Assembly (NCBI RefSeq): GCF_016433145.1
Contig: NC_058135.1
Span: forward strand, 126,332,210 to 126,396,209
DNA length: 64,000 nucleotides
Source of the DNA: Gracilinanus agilis
Taxonomy: Eukaryota
Direction: 5' to 3'
Positions 51,921 through 64,000 of the stretch are shown piece by piece. The notes under the pieces are model-generated. The model saw nothing but the letters and a program-made list of their open reading frames with translations. It searched no databases and was not told where the DNA came from. The first letter of the stretch is position 1. Each line of letters opens with the position of its first letter. Both the position numbers and the translations under genes were made by a program.

Positions 51921-51966
51921 CTTGCTTCCTTTGTGCATATGGAATTATTCTGGTGTCTCAACTGCA
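51921..51966 (-). other. Candidate exon, 46 nt (xQLRHQNNSICTKEAx)
   Basis: Acceptor gcctgtcttcag|, donor AAG|gtgagg. One open frame. Confidence 0.25.
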
Positions 51967-54129
51967 CTGAAGACAGGCACTGACTGATCTTGTTACCAAG
52001 CATGCTGGTAGACTCTTTTGTAAGGCAGTCAGTGGAAATGAACCAATATACATGTCACCCTGGTAGAGACTCAATCCAAAATTGTTCAGCTTGAAGGTCC
52101 TGATTTCCTCCTTTTCACCTTCTTATATTTGGAGCCTGAAAGGGCTTTGGAGGTCATCTCGGACCGCCTCACTTTACAGATGAGGAAGCTGAGTCTCACA
52201 GAAGTTAAGTTACTTACCTTGCCCAAGGTTAAACAGGTAGCAAAGCTGGGATTTGAATCCAGGTCCTCTGACACCAAGCTCTTTACTCATTTATATTAGA
52301 TTCACTTCCATTAAATATTAAAGGGAGGGGAAAGTGCCTCACCTGGGAACCAAGGACCATGAAGAAAGAGTCAGGAGACTTGGGCTAGAATCCATGCTCC
52401 GCCATTAAATAATTGTGATCTTGGGCAAGTCGCTGAGTCCCTCTCTACACATCAGTTTCTCCATTTGTTAAACTGAGATGAGAATCCTTTCATTATCTAT
52501 CACCCAAGGCTGTTATAAGAATAACACTTCATAAACTATGAAATGCTGTATTACAATAATAATGTCATTACTTCATCCATCCATAACCTCACCTAGAATT
52601 GCCTGAGACTCAGAGATTAAATGACTGTCTGATGTCACAGAACTAGTTTCAGAGAAAAGACTGGCACCAAGATCTTCCTTGCTCCTATGCCACTGCCCCC
52701 ACTGTCTTTCTCTCTTTATTTTAAATTGCTAACTCAAATAAATGGCCCCTCTGGCCCCTGGCAGAAAGTCTGTTTGCATAGCTTGCTTCATTCAAGACTA
52801 AGTAGTAGTCTTACACTTCTATTGCACCTTTTATCTGAAGGACACAAGGGACATTGGATAACTCATCTGCTGCACTCAAATCCAAAAGATCCATGATCTC
52901 AATGCAGATTACAAGTTGTCTACTCTATGCCTTTGTTGCTTTCTCCTAAGCCCACCATCAGGAGTCCATCTACTTATGGGCAGGGAACCTTCCTCATTTT
53001 TTCTTAGCCTCACAAAGATGTCAGGAGAGAATGTAGATTGTCCAACATAATTATCCCTTACCTTCGCCATGTGACCAGCCCATTTTTTCCCTCCTACTTT
53101 TCTCCATTATCACCTTTTATTGTTCTCTGAAATTCCCTATTTGTCTTATGTTATGCCCTGCATGTGCCCACCATGAATTTCCTCTTTGCCTCTTCAGTGA
53201 TTTTCTATTTTGCGATCAATGAAAAAAACTCCTAGAGATAATAATTGACACAATGTCCCTAATAAGTACAAATAAACATAAGAGATGAATATAAAATAAC
53301 TTTTATCTTTTTATCTTCTCTCCAGATCCTTCTCTCTTCAATTAGATGAGACATAAAAAGGATTTGCCCTAATGGAATATCCCAATAGGTCACCAAAAAC
53401 ATTTCAAATAGATCTTCCACTTTTTGTGTACTAGTTTTTCATTCCTCACACCTCAACCATTTTAATAAATTAATTTGACATCATTAATTCATCTTCGAGA
53501 ATCGGTTCAAGGCAATGGATGGATGAGAATGACAAGTCTGGATGGGAACATTTCCTTCCAGGCAGCTAGGTAGCACAAATGCAAGTGCAAATCCAGCTTT
53601 AAACATGCACTAACTGTGTGACCCTGGGCAAGTCACCGAACTTCTCTCATCCTCAGTTTCCTCATCTGTACAATGGGGATAATAATAGCATTCATCTCCC
53701 AGAGTAGTTTTAAGGATCAAATGGGACAATATTTATAAAGGCCTTAGCAAACCTTAAACTAAATGCTAGCTATTAGTATTGTCTTTCCATCTATTTTGCT
53801 ATAATTTAACAAACATTTATTAAGCAAATTATGGGCCAGGCTAGACAGCTATGATAGATTGTACAAGATAACTGTGATACAAAGATAAAAAAGAACAAAT
53901 CTACTCTCAACGTTATATGCTACCGGGAGAAGCAGCATTTACAACAAAAAATAAACACAGAATAATTTAGGTAGAGGGCATAGACAAAGAACACTAACAA
54001 TTGGGAGGGAATCAGGAAAGGCATCATGAGGAAAGCTGTGAAAAGATGCCAAGGCAGTAAATGGAAAGAAGATCCTGTGTGATAAAGAGCAAGCTAGTCT
54101 GGCTAGAACAATGTGAAATCAGGCCGAGG

Positions 54130-54339
54130 CAGGGATTCTTAACTTTCTTTGTGGCATGGACCACTTTGGGCATCTGGTGAAGCCTATGGATCATTTCTCA
54201 GAATGATTTTTTAAAATTTTATAATGGAAGGAAAGGTTAACTTTCAGTTAGAGGTTAATGAGAATAAAGATGAATCTTTTCTCATCCAAGTTCATAGACT
54301 CCCCAAAATCTCTTCACTGATCTCAGTTTAAGAACCCTG
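54130..54339. mobile_element. Old Charlie/MER5-like hAT MITE
   Basis: TIRs CAGGGATTCTTAAC / GTTTAAGAACCCTG. Right flank gtctagca resembles the Charlie target preference. A related copy lies at ~62032-62217. Confidence 0.75.
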
Positions 54340-54749
54340 GTCTAGCAAAAGCAAATTAGAACCAAATTGCAAAGGACTTTAAATGACAAACAGAAGTGTT
54401 TTTATTTTATCCTAAAAATAGAAGAGAGCCACTGATTTCTTGAGTGGGTCAAATATCTTGAATGTTTTTGAAGTGCTGATTAAAGTTCTAAAGATGTATT
54501 CAAATCTTTTTTTTTTAACCAAACCAACCACAAAGGAAAGACAAATAGCAACAATAAAAATTAATTTTTTCCATATGGATTATTTTATCTATTTGTCAAT
54601 TTTGAAGAACTACAAATGTTGATAGTATGGGGGAAGGGACCATAATCAATCAGATGCTGCAGTATGACAGTCATGTGGTCCAAATTTCATATAGGGTGAC
54701 ATTAGGTGGCAATTCAGGGGATAGGATTTGGACTCAATCATCACTAAGT

Positions 54750-55340
54750 CCATGTTCACCTCTGAGTCTCTGATCTATGAACTGGAAGTGCAAGAGATTC
54801 AAGAAAAATGAATGGGACAGCGTCAAGACCTCTATTCTCCACTTATAGATCTTAAGAAAACTTTTATGACTATTGGGGATATTTGTTTTACATGACTTCT
54901 TTGTGTAATTACATGTGTAATGGAGCTTCTCTTTCCTCCTTTCTCAATGAGTGAGGTACAGGATGGGAGAAGGAAGAGAATTTGGAACAAAAAATAAAAT
55001 CAAATTGAATAATAAAAATGTTTTAATTAATTTAAAAATCTTTAATTATAGCCCTCCTTTCCCTCCCCACACTATAGAAAAAAATCATCTGGCAAAATAT
55101 ATAGATTGTGTCTTTTGTGTTTCCAATTCTCAGTTCATTCTCTGGAGGTGAACATACACAATTTATTCTTCAAATATTAAATCTGTAGTTGTATATAATA
55201 TTCTCTTGGTTCTACTCATTTCACTTTTCATCATCTCATGTAGTTCTTCCCAAGTATATTTTAAAGTTAACCTGTTTATCATTTCTTATGGCACAGTAGT
55301 TTTCCATTTTCCATGTTACAATTTCATAAAAATTATTTTA
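54750..55340. mobile_element. Two L1 3'-end fragments, tail to tail
   Basis: Plus-strand L1 3'UTR ending in an A-rich tail (~55010), then an antisense L1 3' fragment. Confidence 0.6.
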
Positions 55341-57163
55341 AAAGAAAACCTTCAACCTTGCATGGTAGCTGCAAGAAAAATAGAGAAACCCAGAGGAATT
55401 CTTTTAAGGTTCTCAGGTTCCAAAGTGACAATAAGACTACAATAATATTAGAGTTTATAGTATCATCTCACAGCTATTCCTTGGCACCAGAGGAAGTCTT
55501 GCTCTAGAGGGCTTGTTCCATTTGGCTTGTTTTATTTTATAGATGCATACGGTAGCAAACACCTACAGTTTTGTCTAGAATTTCAGCTTAATAGGTTGAC
55601 AGAAGTCTTTGAGACAAGAACTGCTCTGAGCTACATACATACACAAGCAGGTTAGAGCCACTGAAACAGCTCAGAGTTAGGGAAAACCTTGGAAATGATG
55701 GCCTGCCTGAAATCAGTAAAGCCACAGACCAGTCTGTCTGTGCCTAGAAACTACCTAAACTTTCAGTTATTCCTACTTGGACTGTGAAAGTTGACTTGTT
55801 AAAGCAAGAACACTGAATGCGAATATTCACTAGGATTTTATTATAAGTTTTGAATAATTATTTTTATAAAAAGAGAGAACAGATTGAACCCAGTCCCTGG
55901 CCAGTCGAAAAAATAAGACAGACATCATCAGTAATCCATTCCCATGGCTAGAAAAACTTCTCCAAAAATGCATTCCTAATGGTTAGGTATTAATTTTCCT
56001 CATTTTATAGGCAAAAGAATAGGGCCTTTCCAAATCAACTAGTCACACCTCTATCTAAAGGTGTATTTTCATGCAATTATTTTATTTATGACAGTTACCC
56101 CCTAATAAATTGGGGTAGGTTTATCCAGCTTGGCCTAGGCATAGCCCAGGAAGGACATGATAATGTCCTCTTTTGCTCCTCCCGATTTCTTAATGGAGCA
56201 TGACTTCATTGATAAGGTTTAAACTAACCTCCCTTGTTATTTATTTGTCATGGCTGTTTGTTCTGCCCTGGGTGGGACAAGCCCATACTTGGTGGAAAAG
56301 GAGACTGAGATAAAGCAAAAAGAGAGGGAACAACCAAGAGATAGCAGGCTCATGGATGCCAAAGAACAAAAGGAAGGAGGTGGCCTTAAAAGCTAGAGTA
56401 AGGCCAATAGAATGAAAACAGAAAGAAAAAAAAATCCAGTAGATAAGGGGAGAAATGGTGATTGATAAAGCAGGGCCCAAAAGAGTGTAAACTTTTTGAG
56501 GAACAGTTTTTGTTTTGGGTATGTGTATGATGTCCCAGCACCTCGCATAGTACTTGGCATATAATGCTGAAATTAATGTTTATCAAATTAACTGCATAGG
56601 TTACTGAAGAGATGGAAGCAGAGTTGGGAAGAGGAATCATCTTGAATGTTTATAAGCTAGGGTATGAGACCATTCCATTTCCTGCCATGTTAAAAAAGAT
56701 TTGTCCTAGATTTAATGGTTTGTTAGCCTGAGCGCTTGCTTGCATGGGAGCCAAGGGTCTTTAGAGGAGCATTAGCCAAATAATAATATTCCCAAGGAAA
56801 AGCCTGAATAGAGGCATGAACCCAAGAGATTTTGAAAAGAGATCAAGCTTGAACCCAGTACTAATTAACCCATAGTTGCACTAACAGACCACTGATCACA
56901 CTAATCATACTTTAAATTGATAGTATATTTTGGAGATCTACCAAAAAAAAAAAAATAAACCCTCAACTCATTCCTTATATGTCCTTCCATTGTTGTGATT
57001 CAGACATAGAAACTAAATGGCCAATATCTGAAGAATAAAACAAAGTAAATATTCACTCGACCCCAAAAGTGATTTTCTGATGATCAAAACCCACTGACAG
57101 GTTTTCCTTAAAATAAAGCTTGGGGTTTGGTGTTTGAATTTTTGTTTTGTTTTTGAGGTTTGG

Positions 57164-57166
<3 letters not shown>

Positions 57167-57218
<52 letters not shown>
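57167..57218. repeat. (CA)n microsatellite, ~26 units
   Basis: Direct inspection. Confidence 0.95.
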
Positions 57219-57219
<1 letters not shown>

Positions 57220-57519
57220 CATAGCTGCCTTGTAAAGCCTCGCTCTAATTAGGCTGTTCTCAAAGCACAGTTTTGCCATCCTTCCAAAGAGATAATGAAA
57301 TGTGATAGAAATATACAGAGGAAAACCAACTCCAGAAAGGCATTGTGGAGACTCTTCAGCACTCAGCAGGGGGAGGCATTATTCTCCTAAAGTAGGATCT
57401 ACTCCTCTAAATAAAATCTCAACTACCAAACTAAAACCTAATCTCACCATTAATAACAGCAGCTTGATGCAAACAGTTACTCTCAACATTCGAACATTTC
57501 TTAGGTGTAGTAAAAGTGC

Positions 57520-58120
57520 ATTTGCCCCCTAATCGATTTCATAGAACATAATTTGTGTTTTACTTTTGTTAATAATCGCCCTCTGAATCATTTGGGTGAG
57601 GTTGGTGGAAAGTCCAGCGCTTTAGCATTAGGTGATCAACTTTTTGACAATGGCAGAGCCCAGGCTCGCTAATGGAATAATAGCCTGCAGGGTCCAGCTA
57701 AATGATATACGGGTATAATCAACCTCGGTGATGACTATTCAAAAGTAATCCCTTTAGCTTCCAACCGCAGCCTATATTTCACTGGAGCAAAGCCACACAG
57801 AGAAAGTCTCTGCAGACCGCAGGGATACGATACAGCCTTCATATCTGTACTCGGTGTGTGTGTGCCGGGCGCGTGAGTTTTAAATTTAAGGTAATGGCCA
57901 CTGTATATTCATGCAAGCCTAGAACAATACCTTTGATTTGTTGGAGAAGGGGAAGATTAGCTACCAAGGGCCCTATTCGGTAAACTCTGACACAGTCTCT
58001 ATATAATATGGTTTACTGTTTGCTCTGCCCCGAAGAAGGATGCTCAAAATGCTCTGCAAGCCCAAATGACGAAAACCTATTCATCTGAGCATCTGCCAAC
58101 GTCCCCCCACCAACGAGGAA
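57520..58120. promoter_or_regulatory. Candidate conserved non-coding element / enhancer
   Basis: About 19 CpGs (hand count) in ~600 bp of non-repetitive, moderate-GC sequence, with several TAAT homeodomain cores. Confidence 0.45.
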
Positions 58121-59570
58121 CGTCATCTCCTTTTCAAACTGGTCCTTCACATCTCACGTGGCATATACACATTTTGCCCTGGCTAAGACCTGTGCTTTCA
58201 CCTTTGTGAAACTCTCTCTCTTGATGTAGTTCAGCATCTCTTGGGCAATTTTTAATCTGTTTTTTTAAACTGTTACTTTCCATCTTAGAATCAATACTAT
58301 GTATTGGTTCCAAGGCTGAAGAACAGTAAGGACTAGGCAATGGAGGCTCTAAATGACTTACTTGGGGCCACACAGCTATGAATTGTCTGAGTCTAGTTTT
58401 TAACCCAAGACCTCCTGACTCCGGGCTTTGCTCTCCATCCACTGAGCCATCCAGCTGTCAGTGACTGTTAATCTTCAGAAAACTGGAACTCCAAAAGCTC
58501 AAATGAGTTAAGTAAGTGTCTGAGGTACAGTTTGAACCCAGATCTTCCCGCCTCCAAGGTCAGGGGTCTCCCATCCTTTATAATATCTCCATGTTTCCAC
58601 TGACGTGCCCTGGTCTTTCAATTGTTATATCCTCACTCCTTGACTGGCTCATCTCCTTTTCTGGGTATACAGGTCAGAGAATCAGGCTCTCAGAGTAGGA
58701 AGGGACCTCTGAGGTCATCTAGTCTTGCCAGAATCCCTACATTATCCCTCACATCTGCTTGTCCAGCCTCTGCAGCCAAGAAGACCCCACTGTCTCCAGG
58801 ACTCTGTCATTGCATCTAAAGAAAGCACTAAGCTTTAAGAAGCTTCTCTTCACACCCTTTAACTCCTTCCACTTTATGCCAGTTTCCATATACTACTCGC
58901 CACTGATGATATGGGTCAGCCTGTGTATAATCAGAGGGAATCTTCCTCTTGCTCCACGGGCCACTTGCCATTCTGGTTGCAACCAAAGTAACTTATAATC
59001 CCAAGAAAACTGAACTCTAAGATGAAGTTACTTGAGCATTTAAGAAGTGTATTGGTGGGAATGTGCTGGGTAAGCAGCATAATGTCATGTGAAATCCAGG
59101 GAGTGGGGGGGAGAGGGGGAGCAGGAAAGCAGAAGGTTATCATTGACTTGAAGGTGGGAGTAATATTTGAGCTGGGCTCTAAAGGAAGGGCAGAAACTCA
59201 GCAAATAAACAGGGGAAGACAAAGGCATTCCAAGTATAAGGGACAGTGTGATCAAAGGCAAAGAGGATGGAAAAAAAAGAAGAAGAGAAAAGAAAGGCTT
59301 GTTTGTGAAACAATGAATGCTTAGTTTGGTTAAAAAAATAGAATACATTAAGGTGAGTATTATGAGTCAAGGCTGGAAACAAAATGAATGAATGAATAAT
59401 ATTTATTAAGCCCTTATTATGTTCCTAACGGTGTGCTGAACACTGAAGGAAAGTATGACATTCTCTACTCTCAAGGTACTCACATTTCAATAAAGGAGGA
59501 CAGCCTTTAGGCTTTATAAAAGCCTTTATAGAAGGTTTCAGCATCATGGCAGATGGAAAAAAATCCCATT

Positions 59571-59774
59571 TTTTTTTAATCTTAAGTTCTGTCTTAGAAT
59601 CAATATTACTAAGTATTGGTTCCAAGAAGAAAGAATGGTAAAGGCTAGGCAATTGGAGTGAAGTGACTTGCCCAGGGTCACCCATGTAGGAAGTGTCTGA
59701 GTTCAGATTTGAACCCAGGATGCTCCACTCTCCCAGGCCTGGCTCTCAATCCTCTGAACTACCTAGCTGCCTGA
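59571..59774 (-). mobile_element. Marsupial SINE (antisense)
   Basis: Poly-T start, gtgaagtgacttgcccagggtcac core, and ctggctctcaatcc...acctagctgcc head. Confidence 0.8.
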
Positions 59775-59837
59775 AGATCCCATATTTGTTGAGGTACAGA
59801 GGGTATATCAATGGTATATCATCTCCACTGCTAAAAG

Positions 59838-60090
59838 TCTGATATTGAACCATCTGCCAGGGCCAAAGACTTTGGTGGCAAGAACTTTCTTTTCTGGGTC
59901 AGCAGTAGTTCTGGCTGCAGCCCCCACAGGAGCATTTGCTAGTTCAGGTCTCTAGCAGGGGCTACTTACCAGATGATGGCTATAAGGGTTGTGCTAGAAC
60001 CAGTAGCGATTGATTGTGTGCCATTCCCAGGGCTCCTGGGCTTAGTGCAGGTGGTAATGACGAAGGTGGTCTCCTCCTCTACAGTGGCTT
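59838..60090 (-). pseudogene. YBX3: Decayed processed fragment of a Y-box protein 3 (cold-shock domain) gene, N-terminus only
   Basis: 59891-59838 reads KKVLATKVFGPGRWFNIR versus YBX3 KKVLATKVLGTVKWFNVR, with close nucleotide similarity. Upstream ETT..ITT.TKPRSPGNGTQ resembles the CpG-decayed Ala/Pro/Thr-rich N-terminus. Continuous across the position where I recall the exon 1/2 junction of Y-box genes to lie. Confidence 0.75.
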
Positions 60091-62031
60091 TTTTTTCCCT
60101 CGGTGATGACTTGTGAGGGTCCAGGATGGAAGCAGAACTGGGAGTCTGAAGGGCTTTGGCTCCTAGGTTAAAGACTGGGCTTTCTCCATTGGGCTCTAAG
60201 GGCAGCTGGATGTGATCTGACTTGCTAGATGCAGGCTGCCTCCTGTGTCTCCTTTGCATGGCCTTGCTAAATTAGCTAAATTGATTGGCTTGCCCCACAG
60301 GTGGCAGTTGGGGGCAGCCCCTTCAGCCCAGGAGTTGCTGCCTTCAGGAGATGATGATGGCTTCAGCTACTAGACTGGAAACAGAACCAGTATACTGCTA
60401 TTCTCTAGGCTCTTTGGCTCAGGGTCCTAGACTATCTTCTTCAAGATCTCAAGAAAGATTCTGGTCCAGGCGGTAGTAGGAGTTGGATTTGCCTGACACT
60501 TGCCACCTCCTATTTTCCCTCAAGGTGACTTGCTGCTTCAGGGTAGCCTCCACCATTAGGACGAGATTGAACCGTTACTAGGAGGATATTGGAGATCCAT
60601 TGGAGGGCTTTGAGCAGAATGTGACCAGCTCATTCACCCACTCCTCAGGGAGGTCAATCTAGCAATGGAGGGAAGTATTTATTTGACTTGGGGGAGATGG
60701 CAACAGGGAAGAAATGAGAAATTCTTATTAAATGAGAAAACAATTAATAATGAGGCATTATACAAGTGTGTTGACAAAATGGGACCAAGAGAAAGAAGGA
60801 CGGTTAGTGGTGATATTATGAATGTAGAATCAATCAGTGTGATATCAATATAATATGATGGAGGCAGAATTGATGATATAAAGAACAGAATAGTGCTTTA
60901 AATTCTGTTAAAGTGACAAAATAATAAAGGATGAGGAAATTATCCTTATTCAAATCAACTAGGATACAAACCAAAATATTCCTTAATTCCACATTAAATA
61001 GATTATATCTCCTACATTTGTTTGAACTATAAAGATGCCTTTATCTCATAGGGTGAAACTGTGTGTTTAACAATTGCCCCATCCCCAGAAAGGTGGTACA
61101 ACTGGTGATCGGGGGCCTTAGAAGGGGAAATCCCCAGTCTCCATTGTTTCAGTTACTTTATACTCATAAATGACTATGGTTTTATTTAAATTTATTTACA
61201 TGTCAACCTCTCTTTCTTAACAGAAGAGTCTCAAGAGACCTCAAAAAAGAGGCTTTCCAGTTTAAAAGCAATCTTGGAGAAAGACCTTGACAGGTATGCC
61301 ATAGCTTAGTAAAATAAGGAAAACAACTATTTATTGAACATCCAGTATGGAAAACGCAAAGCTGGAACACAGCATTTGTGTGGCTCGGTCGTAAGTTGTA
61401 TATTTTCCCACTCCCAATCCTGTGTGATGGCCACTGGGGGCTTTCATCTTTTATTGCAACACATGTGATTCCCCTTAGCACACAATAATACCTGCTTGCT
61501 ATGGAGATATCCTAGCATTTAAAAATTTGGGTACCCTTTGGTCAGAAATGCAGCTGCTTGGCAACCCAAGGCTGAAACTTTAGTTTAGCAGGAGCATTTT
61601 GGCCCTGAGAAAAGTATTCTCAGACTTAGCTTGCTGATAATCATGTAGCTGAAGGTCCGGCTTGGTTCTTATCTTCACCTTGAAGTTTCTGAGGTTTCTG
61701 TGTGTTGTCTAAACTAATTTCAATGTCTACGAAGTTGTAAAACTCTCTCTGTGCTTGTGGGTGAAAGGGAGATTGAATTTTCATATATAATAAATTTGTG
61801 ACTCAATGGCACTTCGGAGAAGCAGCTATGAGTTAACAGTCAAAAAAAATTAGCGTACCCTTGCTTTGTGCTCCTCTATATACATTATGCCCTAGTCAGC
61901 TGCCTTATTTGCCTATCTCTGGCCCCATCTTAAATGTATTACATTGCTTTTACTCATTCTCCAAGTGCTAGGGAATCAGTTTAATCTCATTTTGACAAAG
62001 TGGTCCAAATTCAAGATATGTGCCTTTAAAT

Positions 62032-62217
62032 AAGGGTTCTTAACTTTGCTCTGTGTACCAGACCTCTTTGGCAGTCCAGTTAATTCTATAGACACCTTCT
62101 CCAAATAAGTTTTTTAAATGCTTAAAATAAAGAAACATAAGATTACAAAAAAGCAATTATACTGAAATATAGTTATCAAAAATTTTCAAGTCTATGGATT
62201 CTACAGGTTAAGAACAA
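62032..62217. mobile_element. Old Charlie/MER5-like hAT MITE
   Basis: agggttcttaact ... ggttaagaacaa degenerate TIRs; internal similarity to 54130-54339. Confidence 0.65.
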
Positions 62218-64000
62218 CTCCTCTAAAAGGAACTTCAATCACATGTTTACATTTAAACTCATGCAATTTTGACGTTTTCCCGCACAACAGCTATTTTTTA
62301 ATCTTCTGAGACACCTCAGAAACAGCTAGAGTTTAAAAAAAGTATTCAAAACAATTGTTCTTTTGCTTAAATGCCTCAAAGTAAAATGAACTCACATAAT
62401 TCATTTTTCTTTCAGAGATCAAGAGTCTAAGGAGAAGGATTCTTGAAGAGGCTTGAACAGCCAAAAATCAAGAAGATAGAAAATCGCCTTGAACCTTGAG
62501 AATTTTAATCAGTTAAGAATATCAATGTAGGTATAGACTGGCACAATAAAGCCCATCATAATTATGTTTTTAGACAATCGTGCAATTCACATAAATCACC
62601 AAGATGGTAGACTGTTGAAATCCATGAAAATAAAATGTCTTCAAGAATAGCGATACTAGGAATTAAAAGTTTAGCTAACTGTTTCAGGTAACAATATAAC
62701 TATAAATAGATTCATTTAAGGCTTCTTCTAAGCTAACAAAAAAATTAGTAATTGCTAAAATCCCAGAGAAGCTTTTCTGTAAGGAGTGAATCTTTTCGCA
62801 AAAAGTGTTCTTTGGGGTTCTTGCAAATAATTCATTGTGGCTGTTTAGAAAACCCATTGTCTGTTGTCTTAGCTAACAATATGTAACCCCCTTTGCCCAA
62901 GTCAATAGTAATGAAATGCAATTCCGACCTAAGAAAATCTAGTCTGGAGATCCTTGGAAAAATCTTGGGCCCCTTCCCTTGATAAGACCAGCAGATGAGA
63001 AGATTTAGTCGAAGTGAGTATTTGAAGTGGAGAAGTCACTGATATCTTTTTTAAAGAACAGGAGACATTTACCATTTATGAGGTGATAAGTGCTAGAGAA
63101 CTCTGTGAATACATAAATCTATTCAAATAATATTATATTGTAATAAAAAAACTTCTTGCCCCTTTTAGTCTCTTGTCTTTTGCTATATCATCATTCACTT
63201 TCCTATTTGGCACCATGATTAAAGTTACACCAGAGTCTATTTCTCATGCCTCATCATGCCACTGAGAAGATTCTTGAAGGCCAGGCCAGTGGAGAGCCCC
63301 TCTGACTAAACAAGAAAGGCTCTACATATGGGCTTTAGCAATGGACATTGTGCTTACTGCCCGAGAGACAAGTCTAGCACAGGTCAGAGAGACTCATTAT
63401 CAGGTTGTCCAATAATCTAACACTGGCCTCAGCCAAAACCAGCCTCAGAGTAATGAGTTTTTTGATCACTGGAGCTTTTATAGTCTGCCTACTAAAATAG
63501 AGAGGAGTTTCACACTGATTGGTGAAGAAAAAAACCACAAGGATGAAATCACCTGCCTTTTAAAATATCAAAGAAGATTAAAGGTATGGATTAGACTGAA
63601 ATTCTGTGACACACTATTTTAAAAGTATTAGTAGCTTTAGGTCACTGTATTATATTGAGAGAGGGCTTTAGGGGTCCTGTAGTACTCCTCAATTATTCCA
63701 AATCATAAATACACAAAGAACAAGAGTATATAGTAGGAATATTATGAGGTCCTTGGATAGGATCTAGATGCCCCCATCTTTTTTTTATAAGAAGAAGCCC
63801 AGCCAAAAAAACAGGAATTCTTTCCTAAGACTGCATCACTGGTTTCTTGTGCCACTTATTGAAATGGTAAAATATAACAACTGAACTGACAAAACTAAAG
63901 GCAACTTGGTATGGTGGAAATAATACTGAATTTGGTGTGAGGTGACCCATGTTGAAATTCCAATTGTGCTACTGTGTGACTTTGGAGAAGACCATTAATC

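Noticed and set aside
53050-53085. Minus-strand ATGGCGAAG|gtaagg as a start exon
   Set aside because: No promoter features nearby, and the phase does not fit the next candidate exon.
62400-62535. Strong plus-strand acceptor (tcatttttctttcag| at 62415)
   Set aside because: All three frames stop within ~40 nt and no upstream plus-strand exon chain was found; at most a non-coding or terminal exon.

Overview
AT-rich, CpG-depleted mammalian genomic DNA. The repeat content points to a didelphid marsupial, most likely Monodelphis domestica: young SINE1_Mdo-type SINEs with TSDs, MAR1/RTE-derived SINEs, a 7SL-derived element, hAT/Charlie MITEs, L1, L2, MIR and solo LTRs. It is not prokaryotic: no operons, CRISPR, rRNA or tRNA genes were found. 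There are two assembly gaps (16631-16970, 50147-50286). I could not recognise any intact known protein-coding gene. Well-supported items are a processed HSBP1 pseudogene (~35.56 kb), a decayed YBX3-like retrocopy fragment (~59.8-60.1 kb), a near full-length fossil Charlie-type hAT transposase (5.3-6.85 kb), several hAT MITEs with 8-bp TSDs (one carrying two CTCF-like motifs), and a CpG-rich promoter-like domain (28.5-31.1 kb) split by a ~1.3-kb alternating purine/pyrimidine tract. A series of small minus-strand segments with good splice sites, including 10-nt and 21-nt microexon candidates, may form one or two unannotated spliced transcripts; this is inference only. Almost all ORFs in the supplied track look spurious or repeat-derived. 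Repeat family names come from recalled consensus features, not from a database search.
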